64,000 nt of DNA from Terriglobia bacterium. Lineage in GTDB: Bacteria; Acidobacteriota; Terriglobia; Acidiferrales; UBA7541. The notes beneath the pieces are model-generated. The model searched no databases. It saw only the letters and a program-made list of their open reading frames with translations, and was not told the DNA's origin. The translations under genes were made by a program, and so were the position numbers. The DNA lies in the NCBI GenBank assembly GCA_963695545.1, contig OY968796.1, positions 1,760,001 to 1,824,000 of the forward strand, read 5' to 3'. Positions 38,791-47,989 of this stretch are shown here, piece by piece (the first letter of the stretch is position 1; every line of letters begins with the position of its first letter).

Positions 38791-39666
38791 ATGACCACGC
38801 TCGACCTGCGACCTCTCTCTCTTGGGGAACTCCTGGACCGCACGTTCACACTTTACCGCGGGCATTTCCTTTTGTTCGTCGGCATCTCGGCCATTCCTCG
38901 CGTGTTCGTCTTGCTGATTCAGTTGGCCCAGATTGTGTTCGCGCCGGCGAGAGGAGTCTTCACCCCTCCCGACCCCAACGTACCCGGCCAGATGCCCTCA
39001 TTTTCCGCGACGGGCATCGCTTACGCGGTCGTGTTTTTCTTCGCCGTGCTGATCGCCAGCGTTCTCGCCAGCATGTGGTCGCAGGGCGCGACGGTAATCG
39101 CAGTTTCCGATTTGTACCTTGGCCGCACGACCACGCTTGGCGAAGCTTTTCGCCGCGTGTGGGGTGAACTGGGCACCATATTCGGTGTGGCCGTGCTGAG
39201 CGGTCTTGCTGTATTCGGCGGCTGCATCCTGCTGATTATTCCGGGAATTTACATCGCGCTGCGCCTTGCCGTCGGCGTGCAGGCAGCCGTGCTGGAAAAT
39301 ATCGGGCCGGGCGACGCGCTCAGCCGGAGTTTCGCGCTGACGAAAGAGAATGCGGGCCGTGTATTTTTGATTTTTCTTCTTTATGGTTTCTTGTTGTACG
39401 GAGCGATTGCCTTGCTGGGAGCGCCTTTCCTGATCGGAACAGTATTGACGAAGAGCAATCCTGATTTAGTGCGCATGTTCACGATGTTCACGCAAGTGGG
39501 AAGCTTTATCGCCGAGTCCCTGGCCATCCCTTTCGTGACCATTGCCATGTCGCTTTTCTATTACGACATGCGCGTGCGGAAAGAAGGGTTCGATCTTCAA
39601 ATGATGATGAACCCTGTCGCCGGCGTGGTGCCGCAGGCGAGTGTGGTGCCGCGGATGCTTTCGTAG
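38791..39666 (+). CDS. Integral membrane protein (first gene of the MoxR-associated cluster)
   Basis: LRPLSLGELLDRTF N-terminus, multiple TM helices, YYDMRVRKEGFDL C-terminus; GGAGG RBS. Confidence 0.85.
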   Translation: MTTLDLRPLSLGELLDRTFTLYRGHFLLFVGISAIPRVFVLLIQLAQIVFAPARGVFTPPDPNVPGQMPSFSATGIAYAVVFFFAVLIASVLASMWSQGATVIAVSDLYLGRTTTLGEAFRRVWGELGTIFGVAVLSGLAVFGGCILLIIPGIYIALRLAVGVQAAVLENIGPGDALSRSFALTKENAGRVFLIFLLYGFLLYGAIALLGAPFLIGTVLTKSNPDLVRMFTMFTQVGSFIAESLAIPFVTIAMSLFYYDMRVRKEGFDLQMMMNPVAGVVPQASVVPRMLS

Positions 39667-39674
39667 ATATTGTC

Positions 39675-40739
39675 TTGAAGCAGAGCCTCGAGGAGTTTCG
39701 GTTGCCGACGAAATCGACGATCTGCCGGCGGACCGCGTGTCTGATCCTTCTTCTTGTGTTTTTTGCGCCGGCGATCGGCGCGCGCACGCAAGTTTCCTCT
39801 TCTGCTGCCTCCAGCGCGGCCGCCAGCCCGCTTGACGCTACTTCATTCGCCGCGGAACTTCGCCGCCTCCAAAGCGCGAGCGCGCAAAACTCGTCGACCC
39901 CGGGCGAGATCACTCGTTTGCGCACAAGTCTGCCCGATGAGTGGAATGTGAAGACAACCGACGGCAATTATGAAATTTCAACCGCGCCGCTCGCTGCATT
40001 GCTCAAAAAGGCCGAGCAGGATCCTGCGCACAGCGCAGCGCACCTCCAAGACGCCAGCGAGTGGCTCGACGCAGAAGCGCGGCAGGTTGAAAGCTACACC
40101 GCGGCAAATTCCAACAGCGGTGCGAATGCGGGCGCCGCGTTGAGCGAGATTTTGGCGCGGCGTGAATTCAGGGGGGTGGGCACGGCGAGCGCGCGGGAAA
40201 TGTTTCAACAGCGGCTTCAGGAGTGGCTGGAGCGCATTGTGGAATGGTTTATCGGCCACATCGGGCGCCACGCGACAAGCGCGAAAATATTTTTCGAGCT
40301 GCTGCTTGTCGTTGTCGTCGTGTGGCTTGGCGCGGCGCTTGTTCGCTTTTGGATGCGCCGCGCGCGATACGACGAATTGGATGCGCCGCAGTCGGTGGCG
40401 ATCGCGCGATCTTGGCAAGAGTGGATTCGCGCCGCGCGCGAGGCATCCGAACGCGGCGATTTTCGCGAAGCGGTTCATTCCGCATACTGGGCGGGAATTT
40501 CGTATCTCGAGGCGGTCGAGCTGATCGAGCCGGACCGCGCACGAACGCCGCGTGAATATGTGCGCTTGCTTTCGCAGCCGCAACCCGAAACCGCTGCGTC
40601 ACTCGAAAAGCCGCGTGCCGCGCTTGCGGCGCTCACCGCGCGCCTCGAGCAGGTTTGGTACGGACGCCGGCCGGCGAGCCGCGAAGATTTCCTGGACTCC
40701 ATGCGGCAAATCGAGGGGCTCGGATGCCAGCTGCCTTAG
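39675..40739 (+). CDS. DUF4129-domain membrane protein
   Basis: ILARREF, TM helix, A..GDFREAV, RTPREY, E.VWYG; start uncertain. Confidence 0.8.
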   Translation: MKQSLEEFRLPTKSTICRRTACLILLLVFFAPAIGARTQVSSSAASSAAASPLDATSFAAELRRLQSASAQNSSTPGEITRLRTSLPDEWNVKTTDGNYEISTAPLAALLKKAEQDPAHSAAHLQDASEWLDAEARQVESYTAANSNSGANAGAALSEILARREFRGVGTASAREMFQQRLQEWLERIVEWFIGHIGRHATSAKIFFELLLVVVVVWLGAALVRFWMRRARYDELDAPQSVAIARSWQEWIRAAREASERGDFREAVHSAYWAGISYLEAVELIEPDRARTPREYVRLLSQPQPETAASLEKPRAALAALTARLEQVWYGRRPASREDFLDSMRQIEGLGCQLP

Positions 40740-41926
40740 ATTCCGCCGATCGCAAGATGCTCCTCGCCGCCGGCGCGGCTCTTTTGCTGCTGATGGCTGC
40801 GATTGCGTTTGAATCGCCGACGGGCGAAAGCCAAGGCGAGGCGATTCCTTCCACCTATTATTCTTCGCCCGGCGGCGCGCTCGCGGCCTACTTGCTGCTT
40901 CAACAGCTTCATTACAGCGTGGAGCGATGGGAACGCTCGCCTCTCGAGCTGCCGCAGGATTCCACGGGATCGATACTGATTCTCGCCGATCCAAGCGACT
41001 CGCCGAGCGCGGCCGAGAAGCGCGCGCTGCTGGGTTTCGTTGAGGCCGGCGGCCAGGTGCTCTTCACCGGCCGGCAAGTTGAAGAATTTTTTGACGACGC
41101 GCATATCGCCGATTATGGAGGAGGGATGGGGTCCGAGACTTACGCCGCCGATCTTCCGAGCGCGCTCACTCGCGGCGCGCCGAACGTCACGCTCAGGCCG
41201 GAGGCCGTGTGGGGCGAAGCCCGGCCCACCGAGACGCCTCTTTACAGCGACGACGATGCCGACGTAATCGTGTGCTGGCGCGTGGGCGCGGGCCGAATTC
41301 TGTGGTGGGCGGGACCCACGCCACTGACGAATGCCGGAATTACCGAAGCGGGGAATATGAATCTGTTTCTCGACGCCATGAACGTCTCCGGCGCCGATTC
41401 TTCAAGCGCAGCGCCGGCGCAAATTTATTGGGACGAATATTTTCATGGCGAGCGCAGTTCGCTGTGGAGCTACATGCAGGGTACGCCGGTGGCCTGGGGA
41501 GTTTTGCAACTCGGCTTGCTTGGCGTGGGAGTGCTGTTTACGTTCAGCCGGCGCAGCGGCCCGACGGCGATTCCCGCAAGTGTCTCGCGCCTTTCTCCGC
41601 TCGAATTCGTGGACACGCTTGGCGGACTCTACGAGCGCGCGAAAGCAGAACCCGCGGTGGTGGGCATCGTGTATCAGCGATTTCGCACGTTGCTCACGCG
41701 GCAGTTGCGATTGCCGCTGACAACCGATGACGCCACGCTCGAAAACGCGATCCGCACTCGTCTCGGGAAGCAGTTGGCGGGCCTGCCCGAGGCGCTGCAC
41801 CGTGTCGCGGCCGCGACCCGCGCGGAGAAGGTTTCTCCCGCAGAGGCGCTCGCGTTGATCAAGGAGTTGGAGCACTATGAGCAGCAGTTGGGCTTGAAAA
41901 AGCCCGGACCACAGGAGAAATCCTAA
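40724..41926 (+). CDS. DUF4350-domain membrane protein
   Basis: STY..PGG..A, FVEAGG, LTN, WDEYFHG, TM helix, EFVDTLG.LY; operon context. Confidence 0.8.
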   Translation: MPAALDSADRKMLLAAGAALLLLMAAIAFESPTGESQGEAIPSTYYSSPGGALAAYLLLQQLHYSVERWERSPLELPQDSTGSILILADPSDSPSAAEKRALLGFVEAGGQVLFTGRQVEEFFDDAHIADYGGGMGSETYAADLPSALTRGAPNVTLRPEAVWGEARPTETPLYSDDDADVIVCWRVGAGRILWWAGPTPLTNAGITEAGNMNLFLDAMNVSGADSSSAAPAQIYWDEYFHGERSSLWSYMQGTPVAWGVLQLGLLGVGVLFTFSRRSGPTAIPASVSRLSPLEFVDTLGGLYERAKAEPAVVGIVYQRFRTLLTRQLRLPLTTDDATLENAIRTRLGKQLAGLPEALHRVAAATRAEKVSPAEALALIKELEHYEQQLGLKKPGPQEKS

Positions 41927-41928
41927 TC

Positions 41929-42876
41929 GTGGAACACGTCTCACGCTTGTCGACGCACGTGCGCACGGAAATTTCGAAAGTGATCATCGGGCAGCAGGCT
42001 GTGGTGGACCAGCTTTTGCTGGTGGTCCTCTGCGGCGGGCACGCGCTTCTGGAAGGTGTGCCGGGACTCGCGAAAACGCTCGCCGTGAAAACGCTCGCGA
42101 GAATTTGCGGCCTCGGTTTTCAGCGCGTTCAATGCACAGCCGATCTGATGCCCGCCGACGTGATGGGCACGAACATCTTTCACGCCGCCACCGGTGCCTT
42201 CACTCTGCATCGCGGACCGATCTTCACCGATTTGCTGCTCGTCGACGAAATCAATCGCACGCCTCCACGCACGCAAGCGGCGCTGCTGGAAGCCATGGAA
42301 GAGCGCCAGGTGACCATCGACGGAACCCGCCATCCGCTAACGGACAATTTTGCCGTTTTCGCCACGCAGAATCCGGTGGAATTTGAGGGCACCTATCCGC
42401 TGCCCGAAGCGCAGCTCGATCGCTTTCTTCTGAAAATTCGCATCGACTATCCGTCCGCGCCGGAAGAAGCGGAGATTCTCGTGCGTTTCGAGCAGGGATT
42501 CGATCCGGCGCATTTGGATCGCATTCCGCTTGTGCCTCTCGAGGCAGGGTTGCTTTCCGCCGCGCGCAAGGAGCTCGAAAACATTCGCGTCGAACCGACT
42601 CTGCATTCTTACATTGTGACTTTGGTCCGAAGGACACGTGATTGGCCAGCGCTTTCGCTCGGCGCAAGTCCTCGCGCGGCAATCGGGCTTCTCTTCGTGG
42701 CGCGCGCACTGGCCGGCGCGGAGGGCCGAGATTTTCTGATCCCCGACGATATCAAGGCCGCGGCCCTGCCGGTCTTGCGCCACCGTGTTTTGTTGAAGCC
42801 GGAAGCGGAGCTTGAAGGGCTCACGTCCGATCAGGTGGTCGCTGAAATCCTCGCGACGATCGAGGTTCCGAAGTGA
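41929..42876 (+). CDS. MoxR-family AAA+ ATPase
   Basis: GHALLEGVPGLAKT, DLMPAD, DEINR, ATQNPVEFEGTYPLPEAQLDRF, GASPR. Confidence 0.97.
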   Translation: MEHVSRLSTHVRTEISKVIIGQQAVVDQLLLVVLCGGHALLEGVPGLAKTLAVKTLARICGLGFQRVQCTADLMPADVMGTNIFHAATGAFTLHRGPIFTDLLLVDEINRTPPRTQAALLEAMEERQVTIDGTRHPLTDNFAVFATQNPVEFEGTYPLPEAQLDRFLLKIRIDYPSAPEEAEILVRFEQGFDPAHLDRIPLVPLEAGLLSAARKELENIRVEPTLHSYIVTLVRRTRDWPALSLGASPRAAIGLLFVARALAGAEGRDFLIPDDIKAAALPVLRHRVLLKPEAELEGLTSDQVVAEILATIEVPK

Positions 42877-44270
42877 CCGAAGCGCTGCCGCTGACGCCGC
42901 CCCCAGCAGTTGCGCGCGCCGGCCCCGTCGGACGCTTCTCGTTCGGATTTGCACCGCGCTTCTTTGTCATGCTTCTGCTCGGATTGGTTTGGCTCGGTCC
43001 GGCGTGGTGGTTTCACCAGTGCATCGAGGCAATGCTTCTGTGGGATGCATTGGCCCTCGCGGTGTGGATTTGGGACTTAGGGCGACTGCCGCGCCCCGAT
43101 CAGGTCGAAGTTCGCCGCATTTGGCGCACGCGGCCCGCTCTCGGAGTTCCGGCCGAGGTGAGCATCGAACTTCAAAATGCAGGGAAGCGCGGATTTCGCG
43201 CGCGCGTTGTCGACGAAACGCCTCTAGCACTGCGTCTCGACCCGCCGTCGATCGAACTCAAGATCCGAGCACACGCCTCCGCGAGCGCGGCCTATCCGAT
43301 TCTTCCGGCCGAGCGCGGCGATGCGCGATTGGGCCGCACCTTTGTCCGCTACCAGAGCGGACTGCGCTTCGCCGAGCGCTGGGCCGTGGCCGCAACGGCG
43401 CAAACGGTTTGCGTTCTCCCGAATCTCGAACAGGCCAAGCGCCATACGCTGCTTCTGATTCGCAGCCGCCAGGTGGAACTCGAAAAGCGGCGGCGCCGCC
43501 AGCGTGGCACCGGTCGCGAGTTCGACGGCCTGCGCGAATATCGCGAAGGCGACGAGCTGCGCGATATTTCCTGGACCGCGACGGCGCGGCGAAATCATCT
43601 GATCACCCGCGTTTTTCAGATCGAGCGAAGCCAGGCCATTTGGCTGGTGCTCGACGCTGGACGATTGCTTCGCGCGCAGGTCGAGGAGCCGGTTCACGGA
43701 CAGCGCTTTTCAAAACTCGATTACTCCGTGAATGCCGCGCTCTCGCTCGCGCAGGTCGCGCTATACCGCGGAGATCGCGTCGGATTGGTGGCCTACGGCC
43801 GCCGCGTGCAGCAGCAGCTGAATGCCGGGCGCGGTCAACACCAACTGCGCGCCATCGTCGAATCTCTGGCGCGCGTTCACGCCGAGCCGAGCGAAGCCGA
43901 CCACGGCCGAGCGGTGCGCGCGCTGCTTCAGGCGCAAAAGCGCCGCGGCCTGATTGTCTGGATCACGGATTTCGCGGAAACGCCGACGATTCCCGAAGTG
44001 ATCGAATTCGCCATGCAAATGGCGCCGCGGCACTTGGTGGTGTTCGCGGCAATGGGCCAGCCGGATTTGGCGAAAGTCGCGCTCACCACGCCGGATTCAA
44101 AAGAGCAGATGTATCGCCACGTGGCGGCTCTCGAGATTTCCGAGCGGCGCGATTTGCTGCTGCGCGGTTTGCGGGAACGCGGCGTGCTGGCGCGCGAATT
44201 GATGCCGGGAATGCTGGCGAGTGCGCTCGTGAATCAATATCTCGAAATCAAAGAGCGCAGCATGCTGTGA
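42873..44270 (+). CDS. DUF58 / vWA-like protein
   Basis: GREFDGLREYREGDELRDISWTATAR, LDAGR, GDRVGL, ITD; GTGA overlap with the MoxR gene. Confidence 0.92.
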   Translation: MTEALPLTPPPAVARAGPVGRFSFGFAPRFFVMLLLGLVWLGPAWWFHQCIEAMLLWDALALAVWIWDLGRLPRPDQVEVRRIWRTRPALGVPAEVSIELQNAGKRGFRARVVDETPLALRLDPPSIELKIRAHASASAAYPILPAERGDARLGRTFVRYQSGLRFAERWAVAATAQTVCVLPNLEQAKRHTLLLIRSRQVELEKRRRRQRGTGREFDGLREYREGDELRDISWTATARRNHLITRVFQIERSQAIWLVLDAGRLLRAQVEEPVHGQRFSKLDYSVNAALSLAQVALYRGDRVGLVAYGRRVQQQLNAGRGQHQLRAIVESLARVHAEPSEADHGRAVRALLQAQKRRGLIVWITDFAETPTIPEVIEFAMQMAPRHLVVFAAMGQPDLAKVALTTPDSKEQMYRHVAALEISERRDLLLRGLRERGVLARELMPGMLASALVNQYLEIKERSML

Positions 44271-44278
44271 CGCCGCGC

Positions 44279-45256
44279 TCAGCGCGGCGCGAGCTGCTCT
44301 TGCGGTTCCGGCGATCGGCGCGCGCGGCTCAAGTAGGTGACCAGCGCGGTGAACAACACCGCCGCGAGTAGAAATTTCAGGCGCGCGGGAATCGCCGACG
44401 GCGAAATGAATCCCTCGATGGCGCCCGCCACCAGAAGCATCGGCACCGTGCCGAGCAGTAGCTGGGCCGCGCGACCGCCCGCGCGCGCCAGCGATTCGCG
44501 CCGCGGCAGCAATCCCGGAAACAACATTCCGCGCGCAATTTCAAAACCCGATCCGCCGGCAATGAAAATAGCCGGCAGCTCCAGCACTCCGTGCGGCGCG
44601 ACGAACGTCCATAGTTGCAGCGCCATTCCCGCTTGCCAGGTGGCCGCGCCGACCACGCCGAGCAGCAGCCCGTTCACCGTCAGCAGCCAAATCGTCCAGA
44701 TGCCGGCCGTGATGCCCGACGCAAACATGCTGAACGCCACGATGATGTTATTGGTGAGAATCGCCGAGGCCGCAACCGGCTTGACCGTAACGATCGATTC
44801 GGTCCACATCTTGCGCTGCGCGATCGTATCCATCATTTCCGGACCGAGCACGCGATGCGCGAAGGCCGGATCGTGCAGCGTGATGGCGCACCCGGCGATC
44901 GCCGTGAATGCGGTGATGGCAAACGCGAGCAGCGTAAGCGGAAATGTTTCGCGAAATATACGTGGGTACGTCTGCGTGTAGAAACGCACCAGGCCGCTCA
45001 TTCCGGGCCGCCGTCCCATGTAAATCAGATTGTGCGCGCGGCCCAAAAGCTGATTCAGATAAGTGGCCAGCGGCCGGCTGGTTACATCTTCGCGCGCCGT
45101 CGCCAGATCGGACGCCGCCTGACGATATAATAGTCCCAGCTCCTGCAGCTCGCGATGCTCGAACGCTCGGACGCCGCGTCCTTTGGAGCGATTGACCAGT
45201 TCTTCCAGACGCGACCAATATGGCTTTCGTTTCTCGATCCAGCGCGTAGAGATCAT
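44279..45256 (-). CDS. Stage II sporulation protein M (SpoIIM/DUF95)-family membrane protein
   Basis: LYRQAASDLA, YLNQL, NN, NG, PHGVLELPAI, AGAIEGFISP. Confidence 0.9.
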   Translation of the reverse strand: MISTRWIEKRKPYWSRLEELVNRSKGRGVRAFEHRELQELGLLYRQAASDLATAREDVTSRPLATYLNQLLGRAHNLIYMGRRPGMSGLVRFYTQTYPRIFRETFPLTLLAFAITAFTAIAGCAITLHDPAFAHRVLGPEMMDTIAQRKMWTESIVTVKPVAASAILTNNIIVAFSMFASGITAGIWTIWLLTVNGLLLGVVGAATWQAGMALQLWTFVAPHGVLELPAIFIAGGSGFEIARGMLFPGLLPRRESLARAGGRAAQLLLGTVPMLLVAGAIEGFISPSAIPARLKFLLAAVLFTALVTYLSRARRSPEPQEQLAPR

Positions 45257-46052
45257 GTCGCAGCCACCAATCGCTCCCGCCCCGACGCCCGGCGATTTCG
45301 CCGAAAAGCTTACCATTGAAACGCCGGAGCAAACGCCGCTGGAATTCGAGATTGCCGGAATCGGCAGCCGGTTTCTGGCGATTGCCATCGACACGCTGAT
45401 TCAAACCGCGGCGGCGGTGATCGTCGGCCTCGCCGGCGCATTGATCTTCATCAGCCTTTTGCGCACGCGCGAACCATCCACGATTTGGCTCGCCGCCATC
45501 CTCATTGTGTTCGCATTTGTGCTTTTTTACGGATACTTCGCAATCTTTGAGGCCATCTGGAACGGTCAGACGCCGGGCAAACGCAGCGTGGGGATTCGCG
45601 TCATCAAGGATTCTGGTCGCCCCATCACGCCGGCGGAGTCGGTTGCGCGCAATTTGCTCCGAATCGTCGATCAGCTTCCGACCCTATACGCGACGGGCGT
45701 CGTGAGCATGCTTCTGAGCAAACAGAACAAGCGCCTGGGCGATTTCGTCGCCGGCACGATCGTCGTGCGCGAAAATTCCCTGGAGAAGGCGCGCCCCGTC
45801 TGGCAGGCGGCGCCGGTAGTGGCGAATATTACGTATGGATCCGAGCGCCTCGGCGCGGAAGAATTCGCGCTCATCGAGGCGTTCTTAAATCGGCGCAATC
45901 AGCTCGAGCCCTACGTGCGCTACCAAATGGCCGCGCAAATCGCCGCGAAAATACAGCCGAAATTGACGATCCCGCAGAGCGAATTGCCGTCGCCCGAAAA
46001 ACTCCTCGAAGCCATCGCCTACGAGCGCCGCGCCACCGGCAGATATTTTTGA
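45255..46052 (+). CDS. RDD-family membrane protein
   Basis: ETPEQ, AGIGSRFLAIAID, GQTPGKR, RNLLRIVD, RLGDFVAGTIVV. Confidence 0.92.
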   Translation: MSQPPIAPAPTPGDFAEKLTIETPEQTPLEFEIAGIGSRFLAIAIDTLIQTAAAVIVGLAGALIFISLLRTREPSTIWLAAILIVFAFVLFYGYFAIFEAIWNGQTPGKRSVGIRVIKDSGRPITPAESVARNLLRIVDQLPTLYATGVVSMLLSKQNKRLGDFVAGTIVVRENSLEKARPVWQAAPVVANITYGSERLGAEEFALIEAFLNRRNQLEPYVRYQMAAQIAAKIQPKLTIPQSELPSPEKLLEAIAYERRATGRYF

Positions 46053-46106
46053 CGCGAGATTTTCAGGATTGGCCGCGCCGGCGCTGACGCTCGGCGACTC
46101 GGCCGC

Positions 46107-46439
46107 TCATTCGTGAACGTATCGCACAACCTCAACGTCGGAGATCGCGACCAATCCTTCGCCGACCATCGCATCGAGCAGCGGAATCAGCTTCTGGATT
46201 TTCTCGTCCGTATCGATCACGCTCACCATGATCGGCAAATCCGACGAAAACGAAAATAGGTGCGGCCGCCGTATCAGCGTGCTTGCGCCATATCCTTCGA
46301 CGCCGCGCAACACCGTCGCGCCCGCAAGGTCCAGCTCGCGGCATTTCTCCACGATCGCCGTATACAGCGGTTTGCCCTCCCACTTGTCGTTCTCGCCGAA
46401 ATGGATCCGCAGCATCTTGGCCTTGCCTTCGAGCTTCAC
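46107..46439 (-). CDS. DUF190 (PII-like) protein
   Basis: LRIHFGENDKWEGKPLY, GATVLRGVEGYG, DLPI. Confidence 0.9.
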   Translation of the reverse strand: MKLEGKAKMLRIHFGENDKWEGKPLYTAIVEKCRELDLAGATVLRGVEGYGASTLIRRPHLFSFSSDLPIMVSVIDTDEKIQKLIPLLDAMVGEGLVAISDVEVVRYVHE

Positions 46440-47170
46440 GATCGTCCCTCCGCGCGCCGTTCGTCCGAAAAATAATCGTGCGTGTACTTCACGATCTCCA
46501 CGTCCGACAGCACCACGAGCCCCTGCTGAAACATTTCGTCGAGCAGCGGCAGAAACGCGCGCAGCTTTTCTTCCGTTTCCACCACTGAGAGCATAATCGG
46601 CCGATCGTGCGACAAATTCAGTGTCTTGCGCTCGTGCAGTCTGCGGTTCGCGCCGTAGCCCATAATCCCCTCGTACACGGTGACTCCTGCGATGTTATTC
46701 GCGCGCATGCATTCCACCAGCGCTTTGTAAAGCGGCTTATCGTGCCAGCGATCGCTCTCGCCTAGATAAATTCGCATCAATTTGGCGCGGCCCTGGCTTT
46801 TCAAAGATTGATGCGCCACGCCGGCCGCGGCCCCCGCGGAAACTTGCGCGGGCTTTACCACTATGGTGTCTTCGACCTCGATCAGCCCCGTGCCGGCCAT
46901 TTCGGAAAGTTTCGGCAGAAGCTCTTCGACCTTTTCCGGCGTCTCTGTGAACTCAAGCTTGACGGGAAGATTTTCGGTCAGCCGCAGAATGCGCGTCGTG
47001 TGCAAATGATGATCGGCGCCGAAACCCGCGAAGCCTCGCGTGACCGTAGCTCCGGCCACGCCGCGATAAAAAAGAAAATCGAGCACCGCCGAGTATGTCG
47101 GCTGTCCGTGATACTGATGATCTTCTCCCACGTAGATGCTGACTTTCTTTGCGCGTCCTGAATTCAACAT
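46436..47170 (-). CDS. Tandem double-DUF190 protein
   Basis: Two successive IY.GE...G.TV..G..G.G units. Confidence 0.9.
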   Translation of the reverse strand: MLNSGRAKKVSIYVGEDHQYHGQPTYSAVLDFLFYRGVAGATVTRGFAGFGADHHLHTTRILRLTENLPVKLEFTETPEKVEELLPKLSEMAGTGLIEVEDTIVVKPAQVSAGAAAGVAHQSLKSQGRAKLMRIYLGESDRWHDKPLYKALVECMRANNIAGVTVYEGIMGYGANRRLHERKTLNLSHDRPIMLSVVETEEKLRAFLPLLDEMFQQGLVVLSDVEIVKYTHDYFSDERRAEGRS

Positions 47171-47270
47171 GCTCGCTCCTGCTCCGCGCTTCCGCCGGCC
47201 AGGCGATGTCCCCGGCGGGTTCGCGTTGCGCGGTCCTTATATACACGCTTGCAATAGGATTCCACAGTTC

Positions 47271-47648
47271 TCATGCCAGCGCCCTCCCGGCCACCACTCC
47301 CAGCCACACCGCGGCGAATCCCAGCGTGACGCTCAAAATCACATTCAAAAACGCCACGACGAATTGCCCTTCCTGCATGCTTCGCAGCGTTTCATATTCA
47401 AACGTGGAAAATGTCGTGTACGCGCCGATGAACCCGATCGGAATCAGATACCGCCAATTCGCGCTCCAATGCGCGTTCTCCGCCAGCACCGTGACGATGA
47501 ATCCAATCGCGAACGACCCGCTCACATTGATCACAAACGTTCCGTACGGAAAAAAAGCGCCCAGCTTGTTTCCCACGTATCCACCCAGCCAAAAGCGCGC
47601 GATCGCGCCCAGAAATCCGCCCAGTCCGACCATCAGATATTTCGTCAT
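47271..47648 (-). CDS. crcB: Fluoride efflux channel Fluc
   Basis: GGFLGAIAR, FPYGTFVINVSGSF, GFIGAYTTFSTF. Confidence 0.97.
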   Translation of the reverse strand: MTKYLMVGLGGFLGAIARFWLGGYVGNKLGAFFPYGTFVINVSGSFAIGFIVTVLAENAHWSANWRYLIPIGFIGAYTTFSTFEYETLRSMQEGQFVVAFLNVILSVTLGFAAVWLGVVAGRALA

Positions 47649-47819
47649 CGCCCGATGCTGCCCTTGTCCTTTCGCAGCGCGAAATAAATGTGCGTTCTCG
47701 CCGGCGAGCGCGCGCTCCGCGCTCGCGGCGAGTCGGCCTCCCCCAAATTTAATCTGTGGATTCTCCTGCTGAGGAGAGTTGCGAGCCTACGCAGAGAAAT
47801 CCTCCAAAAGAGAACCCGC

Positions 47820-47868
47820 GTAGGAGTCATCTGCCCTTTCGGGCGATTTAGGGTGAACCCCAACACCC
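47820..47868 (-). ncRNA. Fluoride riboswitch (crcB motif)
   Basis: Minus strand reads GGGUG-U-UGGGGU-U-CACCC-UAAAUC-GCCC-GAAA-GGGC-A-GAUG-ACUCC-UAC; P1, P2 and the pseudoknot all pair; lies upstream of crcB. Confidence 0.93.
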
Positions 47869-47890
47869 AAAAATTTTTTGCAACATGAAC

Positions 47891-47896
47891 ATTATA
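47891..47896 (-). promoter_or_regulatory. -10 box for the riboswitch-crcB transcript
   Basis: Perfect TATAAT on the minus strand about 22 nt upstream of the aptamer. Confidence 0.55.
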
Positions 47897-47989
47897 TCTT
47901 GTTCGCGGCCGCACAGTCGCCAGCGTTTTCGGATAATTTCCGTATCCGGCAACGTCGGCCGCGATTTCCGCGATTGCGAAACGGCTTGA

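Noticed and set aside
42812..44371. 519-aa Arg-rich alternative-frame ORF
   Set aside because: Off-frame overlap of the DUF58 gene, typical of GC-rich DNA
44279..45256. Sporulation function for the SpoIIM-family gene
   Set aside because: Family name only; the context is the MoxR/RDD cluster in a diderm (TBDR and secretin are present)
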